A stretch of DNA of 24,024 bases from a virus (taxonomy: Duplodnaviria; Caudoviricetes), in IMG/VR virus record IMGVR_UViG_3300006863_000021, positions 1 to 24,024 of that record. One strand, 5' to 3'. Every line of letters starts with the position of its first letter. Position 1 is the first letter of the stretch. This document shows positions 1 to 7,418 of the stretch, in pieces. The position numbers and the translations under genes are program-made. The notes under the pieces were generated by a model that was not told the DNA's origin, did no database searches, and was given only the letters and a program-made list of their open reading frames with translations.

Positions 1-22
1 CAGAGAAAGAATCAGATCCTAG

Positions 23-496
23 ATGGTAGCCTATAAAGACATCATACTCCGTGTAGATTTCTTTGATTTCAAAGACATGATGTCCAAGTATATGGACATG
101 CTGTTTGACTTTCCCGAATGTCATGTTGGTCTATGTTATGGTACGGATTATCTTTTACCTTCCCGTCCAAATAAGATAAAAGTCCGTGACTCGGCTGTCA
201 TTTATCATTCACAGAAACCAGTTAGAAGTATCATTCTGTTGGGTAAAGAACAAGAAGATAACAAGAACTGGCTAAAGAAATATCATGGAACATATCTTGA
301 CCATCCAAAGAACTTATTCTTTGTGACACATGCCAACATGTTTAGAGATATGGGATTCAAACTGTATGTACCAAAGACAAAGAATTGTATTGAGATTATT
401 GGAGATACAATATCCCAAGTAGGAATACAAACAAGTAAACGAACTCCTCATATGTTCTATCAAGAACTTGAGAACCATCCAATGAGAGTAGGATAA
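23..496 (+). CDS. Hypothetical protein (157 aa), upstream of the morphogenesis block
   Basis: ORF on the coding strand; its TAA overlaps the next ATG (TAATG at 494-498), implying translational coupling. No recognised motif, and the start is uncertain near the window edge. Confidence 0.6.
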   Translation: MVAYKDIILRVDFFDFKDMMSKYMDMLFDFPECHVGLCYGTDYLLPSRPNKIKVRDSAVIYHSQKPVRSIILLGKEQEDNKNWLKKYHGTYLDHPKNLFFVTHANMFRDMGFKLYVPKTKNCIEIIGDTISQVGIQTSKRTPHMFYQELENHPMRVG

Positions 497-669
497 TGAA
501 TAAAGACATACCATACGCAAGTAAAGAACTAGTTGAATACTTGAAGGCAACATTCAAGATGCCTACTTATACATTAGACAAAGACATTAGAAAGTTGGAT
601 TTCATATCTGGTCAACTTTCTATTATTGAATTTCTAGAAAAGATAAATATTAACCAGATAGGAAAGTAA
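496..669 (+). CDS. Small T7 gp6.5-like protein (57 aa; not in ORF track)
   Basis: Manual translation: MNKDIPYASKELVEYLKATFKMPTYTLDKDIRKLDFISGQLSIIEFLEKININQIGK. The pattern P-x-S-K-E-L-x-E-Y-L...G-Q-x-S-I-I-E-F-L resembles small pre-portal proteins of T7-like phages. It is coupled to the upstream stop and fills the gap to the RBS of 679. Confidence 0.65.
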   Translation: MNKDIPYASKELVEYLKATFKMPTYTLDKDIRKLDFISGQLSIIEFLEKININQIGK

Positions 670-678
670 AGGAACACT

Positions 679-1524
679 ATGGGTAAATCAGGAGGCATCC
701 CCAGCGGTCCTTCCCAAGCCGATATAGACGCATCAGCAAAAGCAGAAAAGAATAGAGTTGCCTTTGAAAAGGAACTACTGGACTATTATACCAATGTCGG
801 TACTGGTGAAGTTGCTACTCGCAACCGTCTTGAACAGCGTCAGGCTTCTCTTGAATCCAATGGTGGTCCAGAGATGCCTCCCATATCGTCTTTGTTTATT
901 CCCGAAAGATTCCAGAGTGCTGTTGCCGCAGGTATGACTGAAGCAGAACGACGCAATGCACCATGGTTAACAGCGACTAATCTTGGTTTCTATGGACAGC
1001 AAGCAGCAAATCAGGCATATCAAAGTGGATTGAATGAACAAATATTCAATATGATAAAGACAGGTGATGCAGGATATCAAGCACAGCAATCCATACAATC
1101 ACAACTTGATGCTCTTTCTGCTCAAGGCGTATCAAGAACTAATGCAACATATGTGGAACTACAGAATATACAGAAAAGTCTTGGAACACAGCAAGCAAAG
1201 TTTAAAGATGCAACAAAGAATTTGACTCTAACGGATATCCGTCAAGGCGATTGGCTTGCTAATCCTGCATTCAAAGACATAGCAAATATCGCTAAAGGAT
1301 ATGTTGGAGCACAAGAAGGTGGATTGACAAGTACACAATCTAGAAATGTTGCAATAGCAGGAGCCACCGGACTTATGTCTGGAATGCCAACACAACAGCA
1401 AATCCAAAGTACCACACAACGAACAGATTCAGCAAAGAGACTGTACGACAGACAAGTTGCTGAAGCAAAGAAATACGGTGGTTCAGTATACAATCCAACT
1501 ACCATGAAATACGAAAGGTATTGA
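679..1524 (+). CDS. Putative virion/tail-assembly protein at the gp6.7/gp7.3 position (281 aa)
   Basis: AAGGA RBS; N-terminus MGKSGG-P-rich; Gln/Ala/Gly-rich and probably helical; immediately upstream of the portal. Function is inferred from synteny only. Confidence 0.5.
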   Translation: MGKSGGIPSGPSQADIDASAKAEKNRVAFEKELLDYYTNVGTGEVATRNRLEQRQASLESNGGPEMPPISSLFIPERFQSAVAAGMTEAERRNAPWLTATNLGFYGQQAANQAYQSGLNEQIFNMIKTGDAGYQAQQSIQSQLDALSAQGVSRTNATYVELQNIQKSLGTQQAKFKDATKNLTLTDIRQGDWLANPAFKDIANIAKGYVGAQEGGLTSTQSRNVAIAGATGLMSGMPTQQQIQSTTQRTDSAKRLYDRQVAEAKKYGGSVYNPTTMKYERY

Positions 1525-1530
1525 TAACAA

Positions 1531-3201
1531 ATGGAATATAAGCACTCTAATAACAAATCAAGCATAGAGCGACAGTTCCAGAAGTTGGATGCCAGACGAA
1601 CTAATAAGTTGACCCGAGCCAGAGATTGTGCAAGACTTACCGTGCCTACTCTTTTCCCCCGTGAAGGCTTCACAGAATCGCTAGACCTACCTGATCTATT
1701 CTCATCCATGCCTGCAAGAGGAGTTATGTCTCTTGCTTCACGCATCGTATCGGCAATGTATCCTTTGAACCAGATGCCGTTCTTCTCCTTTGAACTTGAC
1801 AATCAATATGTACCTCAAGGTCAGGACTTGCGTGAAACCGTATCAGCCTTGTCTCGTCTAGACAAGAAGATTATGAACAAGTTGTCCCATAGTAATCTGC
1901 GTCAGGAACTATTCGTCCTGATGCAACACCTGATTGTCATGGGTGATGCCCTATTTGAGATTCAAGACAACTACAGTTTCCGTGTTCATCGTGTAGACCA
2001 TTATGTCATTCAGCGTTATCCAGATGGAAAGATAAAGAAGATTATTCTTCGTGAATGGGTAGATCCAGATACACTTCCCGAGAAGTGGGAATACATGCTT
2101 GATGTTGTAAAGAATGAATATCAAGATAAAGATATCAAAGAAGATGAACCGTATAAGCCTGATTATGACCCATTCGTACAGACATACAACCAATCTTATG
2201 CACCTACCAAGGCACACAAACCATTCTTTACCATGGTTGAATGGGATGAAGATAAGAAAGTATGGGAATGCTATAAGGAATATTGTGGATACATCGTGGA
2301 TGAAGGTAAGTTTACCGTGTGTCCATACATTCCACAGTCATGGTCTCGTATCGCAGGAGAAGATTACGGACGCTCACTTGTAGAAGAACACATCGGAGAC
2401 ATTCGTACTCTTGAAGCATTGACCAAATCCATAGTTGAAGCGGCTATGGCAAACTCTGAACACCGTATCGGTATTGATCCTACAGGCATTACTGAAGTTC
2501 AGGATTTGATTGACACCGCAAATGGAGACTTTGTACCGGCTAGACAGTCAGACATATTCTCCATTCAGTTGCTTCGTCAGGTTGACCTTGGACCGATGAT
2601 TGGCATTCGTGAACAAATCTCCCAACAGTTGGGTAGAGTGTTCCTGCTTCAATCATCCATTCAACGACAAGCAGAGCGTGTTACCGCTACAGAAATTCGT
2701 TTGATGGCTGAAGAACTTGACCAGTCATTGGGTGGAGTGTTCTCTGGTATTGCACAAGCCATTCAGATCCCAATCATCAAGCGAACCGTAATCCTGATGG
2801 CAAAGGATAAATTGCTGCCAACTGATATTGTCAAGTTGATTCAGGATGAAGGATTGCTTTCCCTCAAGGTTCGTACAGGTCTAGAAGCCTTGAACCGTGA
2901 AGTGGAAGCAAGCCAACTCATCTCATGGTTGCAAGTGGTCGGACAGAATCCTTCCAATCAGCCGTATATTGACAACTACGGTCTCCTTGTCCGATTGACC
3001 ACATCCATGGGACTTGACCCAGTTGGCATTGTTAAATCTCCAGAGCAACTCGCTCAAGAACAGCAGGCACAAGCACAGCAATCAATTGAAGCCATGGCTG
3101 CACAGCAGGCTATATCCAGTGTCGGAAGCCTTATGGAATCGTCTGGTGCAGCAGCAGCCGAACAAGCCGTACAGGGTGGACAGGCTCCACCACAAATGTA
3201 A
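1531..3201 (+). CDS. Portal (head-to-tail connector) protein, T7 gp8-like
   Basis: 556 aa with the motifs LTVPTLFP, WSRIAGEDYGRSLVEE, QRQAERVTATEIR..AEEL...LGGVFS and TGLEAL, plus a Gln/Ala-rich C-terminal tail; all typical of T7-family portals. Confidence 0.95.
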   Translation: MEYKHSNNKSSIERQFQKLDARRTNKLTRARDCARLTVPTLFPREGFTESLDLPDLFSSMPARGVMSLASRIVSAMYPLNQMPFFSFELDNQYVPQGQDLRETVSALSRLDKKIMNKLSHSNLRQELFVLMQHLIVMGDALFEIQDNYSFRVHRVDHYVIQRYPDGKIKKIILREWVDPDTLPEKWEYMLDVVKNEYQDKDIKEDEPYKPDYDPFVQTYNQSYAPTKAHKPFFTMVEWDEDKKVWECYKEYCGYIVDEGKFTVCPYIPQSWSRIAGEDYGRSLVEEHIGDIRTLEALTKSIVEAAMANSEHRIGIDPTGITEVQDLIDTANGDFVPARQSDIFSIQLLRQVDLGPMIGIREQISQQLGRVFLLQSSIQRQAERVTATEIRLMAEELDQSLGGVFSGIAQAIQIPIIKRTVILMAKDKLLPTDIVKLIQDEGLLSLKVRTGLEALNREVEASQLISWLQVVGQNPSNQPYIDNYGLLVRLTTSMGLDPVGIVKSPEQLAQEQQAQAQQSIEAMAAQQAISSVGSLMESSGAAAAEQAVQGGQAPPQM

Positions 3202-3216
3202 GAAAGGTATGAGAAA

Positions 3217-4050
3217 ATGGAAGAGAACAATACAGAACCGCAGAATATGGATAGACCGTCAGAAGCAGACTTGGAACTACAAGCAATAGAAAAGTATGCC
3301 AAGTCAAACCCCAACAATCTGCCTCCACAGTTTAATGGAGATGCAGATAAGTTCATTGACAGTTATAAGGAACTTCGCAAGACATTGACCAAATCCCAAC
3401 AGGAATTGGCAGCATTGAAGAAAGGCACGCCTAATGAACCAAGGGTGGAACCACAAGCCACACAAGTTGGTGAAACTCCCGTCCCGTCAACCTTCATCCC
3501 GAAGAACGAACCTACCCCGGAACCATCTCCAAAGGAATGGGAAGAATTGGGGAACGAACTTCGCATCAAAGGCGACTTGACTCCTGAAACCAGAGCCAAT
3601 CTACTGAAGAAATATAACATTCCTGCATTTGTCATTGACCAGTATATCAATGGGTTGCGTGCTCAGGCAGCGGCTGCGGCACAGGAAGCAGCCAATATGG
3701 TGGGTGGAAATGAGAAACTTCGTAAGATGATTCAATGGGCATCCACCAATCTTAGCGATGAAGAAAGAAATGAAATCAATAAGCAACTACAGACACCAGC
3801 GTGGAAGACTACCATTCTTGGTCTAAAGACACGCATGGATATGTCTAATCCCGATCCAACCGCAGATGAACCAAAGCGTAATCTACCAAGCACAGTGTCA
3901 AATGTTGCGGTTTCAGACATTGAACCATTTGCAAACAAGCAAGACATGATGCTTCATATTCGTGATAGACGCTATGGCAAGGACCAAAAGTATACAGATT
4001 ATGTACAAGAACGCATTCGTCTCAGTGGAGGCGGAAGAGGAATGCAATGA
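3217..4050 (+). CDS. Capsid assembly scaffolding protein, T7 gp9-like
   Basis: Follows the portal; acidic/Pro-rich N-terminus; SYKELRK, VGGNEK...MIQWASTNLS and C-terminal F...DM...IRDRRYGKDQKY...V motifs characteristic of gp9-like scaffolds. Confidence 0.88.
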   Translation: MEENNTEPQNMDRPSEADLELQAIEKYAKSNPNNLPPQFNGDADKFIDSYKELRKTLTKSQQELAALKKGTPNEPRVEPQATQVGETPVPSTFIPKNEPTPEPSPKEWEELGNELRIKGDLTPETRANLLKKYNIPAFVIDQYINGLRAQAAAAAQEAANMVGGNEKLRKMIQWASTNLSDEERNEINKQLQTPAWKTTILGLKTRMDMSNPDPTADEPKRNLPSTVSNVAVSDIEPFANKQDMMLHIRDRRYGKDQKYTDYVQERIRLSGGGRGMQ

Positions 4051-4160
4051 AACGCAAACTCGTAATGTACTTGGCAATAATCATTTGTTCAATATCGGCA
4101 ATCTATTACAATCTATTCTCGTCACGAAAGGACAGACATGAACTGGATAAAGCAGAATAA
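4047..4160 (+). CDS. Putative 37-aa single-pass membrane microprotein (not in ORF track)
   Basis: ATGA overlap with the scaffold stop. Translation MKRKLVMYLAIIICSISAIYYNLFSSRKDRHELDKAE has a basic N-terminus, about 20 hydrophobic residues and a charged tail. Confidence 0.4.
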   Translation: MKRKLVMYLAIIICSISAIYYNLFSSRKDRHELDKAE

Positions 4161-4647
4161 AGCACCGGCAATCCTACTCGGAACAGCCATTGCATTTGGT
4201 ATTGTTCTATGTGTAGCACAGGGCTGTGATCTACAGAAGATGGTTGACTTTACACCACCTCCTGAAGTAGTCCAAGCAATTGATCTACCAGAAGGCAAAC
4301 TCACTTTGGCTGAAGCCAATAAGGTTTGGACTGATTGGGAATATTTCGTGAAGTCCAATACCGATGCCCTCAAAGTTGCTGTTGAAGATGCAAACAATCG
4401 TTATGTCTTCTTGGCTTCTCTGATGGATATGGGTCTTGGTATGGCATCTCAGGTTGCTCCTGCATTCCCCGGTGGTGCTATTCTTCTATCTGTTCTTACC
4501 GGTGCTGCTGGTCTATTCATGAAGAAACCCGGTACAGATAAAGAAATTCGTATGGCTAAAGAAGATTCGTATAATGCCGGTATTGAATTGGGCAAGACAT
4601 TGACCAAAGAATTACTGGTAGAAAAGCCATCTACCCCCACCACTTGA
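4138..4647 (+). CDS. Putative lipoprotein with a second hydrophobic/TM segment (u-spanin-like topology)
   Basis: AAGGA RBS; signal-peptide-like AILLGTAIAFGIVLCVAQG-C lipobox-like end; helical middle; hydrophobic FPGGAILLSVLTGAAGLFM followed by KK. The ORF is well supported; its function is an inference. Confidence 0.55.
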   Translation: MNWIKQNKAPAILLGTAIAFGIVLCVAQGCDLQKMVDFTPPPEVVQAIDLPEGKLTLAEANKVWTDWEYFVKSNTDALKVAVEDANNRYVFLASLMDMGLGMASQVAPAFPGGAILLSVLTGAAGLFMKKPGTDKEIRMAKEDSYNAGIELGKTLTKELLVEKPSTPTT

Positions 4648-4818
4648 AAGAACAAATCCGCAAGGAACTCTTTCGCTACCGGACACCCACTGGGTGTCTT
4701 CTCTTTCTCTTCGGTCCTCATCCATAGTAATCTGTGGATGTGGACTTAGTGCATAAGTGTGACCCGGAGACCCCTATTGGGACAATCTACGGACAATCCG
4801 TGAAGGCACAGTTTGTTC
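4646..4818 (+). promoter_or_regulatory. Structured RNA leader upstream of the major capsid gene (four hairpins)
   Basis: H1 4646-4674 (GAAAGA..TCC-GCAA-GGA..TCTTTC, GNRA loop); H2 4682-4698; H3 4714-4745 (GTCC-T-CATCCATAG-TAAT-CTGTGGATG-T-GGAC); H4 4757-4809 with nested GACCC...GGACAATC units. All paired by eye. Confidence 0.55.
4682..4711 (+). terminator. Possible intrinsic terminator or attenuator
   Basis: GACACCC-ACT-GGGTGTC perfect 7-bp GC-rich stem followed by the pyrimidine tract TTCTCTTTCTCTT. The U-tract is imperfect. Confidence 0.45.
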
Positions 4819-4856
4819 GTCAGATTTCAATAAACCCCAATAAAGGATAATCAACT

Positions 4857-5891
4857 ATGTCAGTTTCTAACACACTAAGGTTCCTTCGCAACACTGCGAA
4901 CGCAACTCCCACAGTGACCGACATGCTCCTACCGGTGTTCGGTGGAGAAGTCATCACTGCATTTGAAGAAGCAAATCAGTTTCTTCCTCTCGTAAATTAC
5001 AAGACCATGACTAGCGGTAAGGACATGAAGTTCCCAGCCGTCTGGAAGATTGGTTCAGAGTACCATGAAGCAGGTACTGAACTCCTCGGTATGGATGTTG
5101 ATACCAAGGAATTCACCATTTCACTGGATGACCGTCCGCTGGTCAGCCACTTTGAAGTGGACGATATTGATGTTTCACTTGCTCACTTTGACATTCGTAG
5201 CGAACTCGCTCTTGAATGTGGTCGTGAAATGGCTCGTCAGATGGACCGCAAGGTTGCTTGCCTCCTTCTCAACGCTGCCGCAGCAAGTGCCGATTCAGGC
5301 AACGCATTCCCCGGCGGTGGTGATTCACTCAGTACTTGGGAAGCAAATGCCGATTTTACTTCAAACTTTAACAGCGAACAAGACGGTGCTGCTCTCGTTG
5401 AAGCAATCGGTGATATCGCTCAGGCAATGGATGAAAAGGATGTTCCTGTTACCGAGCGTGCTTGCGTAGTCAAGGTCTCCCTCTATTACGCCCTCCGTAA
5501 GTTGGGTCTTCCTTACTACGACGCTGCTGTTAAGAATGCCTCTGCTGGTGGTATCTGGGGTCGTACCGACCTTGGAACTACTGGTCCGGGAATCAATGCT
5601 CAACAGGGTTACAACACTCCTATTGATGTCTTGGGCGTTCCTGTTTATGCTTCTAACCATCTTCCGACTGCTACCATCAGCACCGGTCCTGCCAAGTACC
5701 ATGTTGCTGACGGTGCTAAAGTTGGTGGCGTAATGTTCCACAAGTCAGCAATTGGTGTTTGCCAACTCGCTGGTATCACTACAGAATCCTTCCGTGATGT
5801 TCGTCGTCAAAGCGACTTCATGTTGGCTAAGTTGTTTATGGGTGGCGGAACTCTCCGTCCATACGCTGCTTACCGTATCGGAAGATCCTGA
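4857..5891 (+). CDS. Major capsid protein, T7 gp10-like (HK97 fold)
   Basis: 344 aa (same size class as T7 gp10A); L.VFGGEVITAF, SGK.MKFP, TISLDD.L, D....HFDIRSE...E.G..MA...D and C-terminal MGGGTLRPYAA motifs; strong RBS AAAGGA; triple stop TGA-TAA-TAA; highly biased codon usage. Confidence 0.95.
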   Translation: MSVSNTLRFLRNTANATPTVTDMLLPVFGGEVITAFEEANQFLPLVNYKTMTSGKDMKFPAVWKIGSEYHEAGTELLGMDVDTKEFTISLDDRPLVSHFEVDDIDVSLAHFDIRSELALECGREMARQMDRKVACLLLNAAAASADSGNAFPGGGDSLSTWEANADFTSNFNSEQDGAALVEAIGDIAQAMDEKDVPVTERACVVKVSLYYALRKLGLPYYDAAVKNASAGGIWGRTDLGTTGPGINAQQGYNTPIDVLGVPVYASNHLPTATISTGPAKYHVADGAKVGGVMFHKSAIGVCQLAGITTESFRDVRRQSDFMLAKLFMGGGTLRPYAAYRIGRS

Positions 5892-5928
5892 TAATAACTT
5901 TCACAACTAACTAAAAGGAAATACTACA

Positions 5929-6348
5929 ATGGCAAATACTGCTGTCGCATATACCCCAAATCCGTTGACAACCGTTGCTCAGGCAAACTGGGCAACCATT
6001 GACCGTACTGGCAAGACTGTTGCTCGTATTGGTCAACTCTCTGCTGCTGCTGCTAACTCTTTCACCTATGCTCTTCCTGATAACAATCTGGAAGTTCAGC
6101 CTGCAATCTATGTGTTGTTTGCTGAAGGAGCAACTGGTGGAGCAGGAACTGCTGTGGCTTTGCTGTGTGTTCGTGGAACAAGCACGCTTGATATCGTGAA
6201 TTTCAAGCATGTCACTGGTTCCGCAACTACCACTGCAAATGAAATCAGAGTCCAACTTTCTACTGGAACTCTGACCATTGAAAATGCAGGAACGAACGCT
6301 CCGTCTCCTGCTGAAGTTCGCAATGTGTACTTGAGCCGTCTGTTCTGA
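5929..6348 (+). CDS. Putative capsid decoration or minor head protein (139 aa)
   Basis: AAAAGGA RBS; Ala/Thr/Gly-rich with a beta-strand pattern; capsid-like codon bias; lies between the capsid gene and the strong terminator. Confidence 0.5.
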   Translation: MANTAVAYTPNPLTTVAQANWATIDRTGKTVARIGQLSAAAANSFTYALPDNNLEVQPAIYVLFAEGATGGAGTAVALLCVRGTSTLDIVNFKHVTGSATTTANEIRVQLSTGTLTIENAGTNAPSPAEVRNVYLSRLF

Positions 6349-6364
6349 TTTGTTATAACCCAAC

Positions 6365-6399
6365 GGGGTTCTAGGATAAATCCTAGAACCCTAATTTTT
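6365..6399 (+). terminator. Intrinsic terminator, T-phi equivalent
   Basis: GGGTTCTAGGA-TAAA-TCCTAGAACCC perfect 11-bp stem (6366-6391) followed by TAATTTTT; same position as T7 T-phi, between head and tail genes. Confidence 0.85.
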
Positions 6400-6423
6400 C
6401 GTCGGATAATAAAGGAGACATAC

Positions 6424-7032
6424 ATGGGAGCACTAAGTAAACTAGAAGCGGTCAACAGAATGTTGGTTGCAGCCGGTGAATTTCCGGTTTCATCTCTCAC
6501 GGTTAGTGGTTCCAACGATGTCACCATTGCCGTACAGATTCTGGATGAAACCACCACCATGATACAAGTGGCTGGAACCAATACCAACACTATCTACAAG
6601 ACACTTACTCCAGATACTGAAGGTAAGATTTATGTGGATGATAATGTCATCCATGTTGATACCGTAGAAGATAGTATTGATAGAAATATTGCAGTTCAAG
6701 GAAGAAATCCAACTTATCTTATTGACCTTGACAATGAAGGAACTGATGTCTTTGATGCTGATACTGAACTCAAAGTCAAACTTATTCAGAATCTTTCATT
6801 TGAGAATCTTGAAACTGCGGATCAGTTCTATGCAACAGACCTTGCAGCAAGACGATATCAGTTCCTTACGGTTGGAGATAGAGTGACTGATGGCATTCTG
6901 AATGAGGCTGCACAGTATTCTAGATTTGCTGCAAGAGCCAAAGACATCCGTGCAAGAGATGTAAACTTCATGGATAACACCAAATCCATGTGGGCAGCAA
7001 TAGGAGGTAGAAGGAGATATGGACCATGGTAA
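6424..7032 (+). CDS. Tail tubular protein A (adaptor), T7 gp11-like
   Basis: N-terminal LEAVNRMLVAAGEFPVSSL motif, LTPD..G.I, and FE.L....Q.Y....AARRYQ; 202 aa; AAGGAG RBS. Confidence 0.9.
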   Translation: MGALSKLEAVNRMLVAAGEFPVSSLTVSGSNDVTIAVQILDETTTMIQVAGTNTNTIYKTLTPDTEGKIYVDDNVIHVDTVEDSIDRNIAVQGRNPTYLIDLDNEGTDVFDADTELKVKLIQNLSFENLETADQFYATDLAARRYQFLTVGDRVTDGILNEAAQYSRFAARAKDIRARDVNFMDNTKSMWAAIGGRRRYGPW

Positions 7033-7406
7033 AGACATGTACTTGTTGTAATAAAGAGAAAGACATAACAGAGTTTCATGAATACAGAAGTGACTGTAGA
7101 GAGTGTAAGAACAAGAAAAGTCTAGACCATTATTACGCAAATCCAGACAAGCAATCAAAGCGTGTATGGAGAAAGAAATATAATGGAACTATAGAACAAG
7201 AAGAGCATTGGGCTACTGCTACACAATGTGATTTGTGTGACGCTGTATTTCGTAATAAGATGGATAAACACCAAGACCACAATCATTTGACTGGTGAACT
7301 AGGTGCGGTTCTTTGTAGTAAATGTAATATGACAGAAGGCAAATACAAGAATAATCCAGAAGACTTACTACTTCTGTACAATTACATTAAAGAGAAGTAC
7401 CAATAA
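7026..7406 (+). CDS. Free-standing endonuclease VII-type (His-Me/HNH) homing endonuclease
   Basis: N-terminal Zn ribbon KTCTCCNKEK...EF....CRECK. C-terminal CDLC...DHNH.TG....LCSKCN..EG matches the T4 EndoVII C..C/DH.H/C..CN..E pattern. Confidence 0.82.
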   Translation: MVKTCTCCNKEKDITEFHEYRSDCRECKNKKSLDHYYANPDKQSKRVWRKKYNGTIEQEEHWATATQCDLCDAVFRNKMDKHQDHNHLTGELGAVLCSKCNMTEGKYKNNPEDLLLLYNYIKEKYQ

Positions 7407-7418
7407 GGAGAAAGACAT

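Noticed and set aside
4099-4117. Tandem repeat CAATCTATT-A-CAATCTATT as an operator
   Set aside because: Only two AT-rich copies, lying inside a putative microprotein ORF; chance cannot be excluded.
5860-5931. T7 10A/10B-style frameshift or readthrough fusing the capsid to the 5929 ORF
   Set aside because: The capsid ends in three in-frame stops, the 5929 frame has a TAA at 5908-5910, no slippery site is evident, and the downstream ORF has its own RBS.
7026-7418. Group I intron carrying the endonuclease
   Set aside because: Both flanking genes appear complete, and there is no non-coding space for a ribozyme core.
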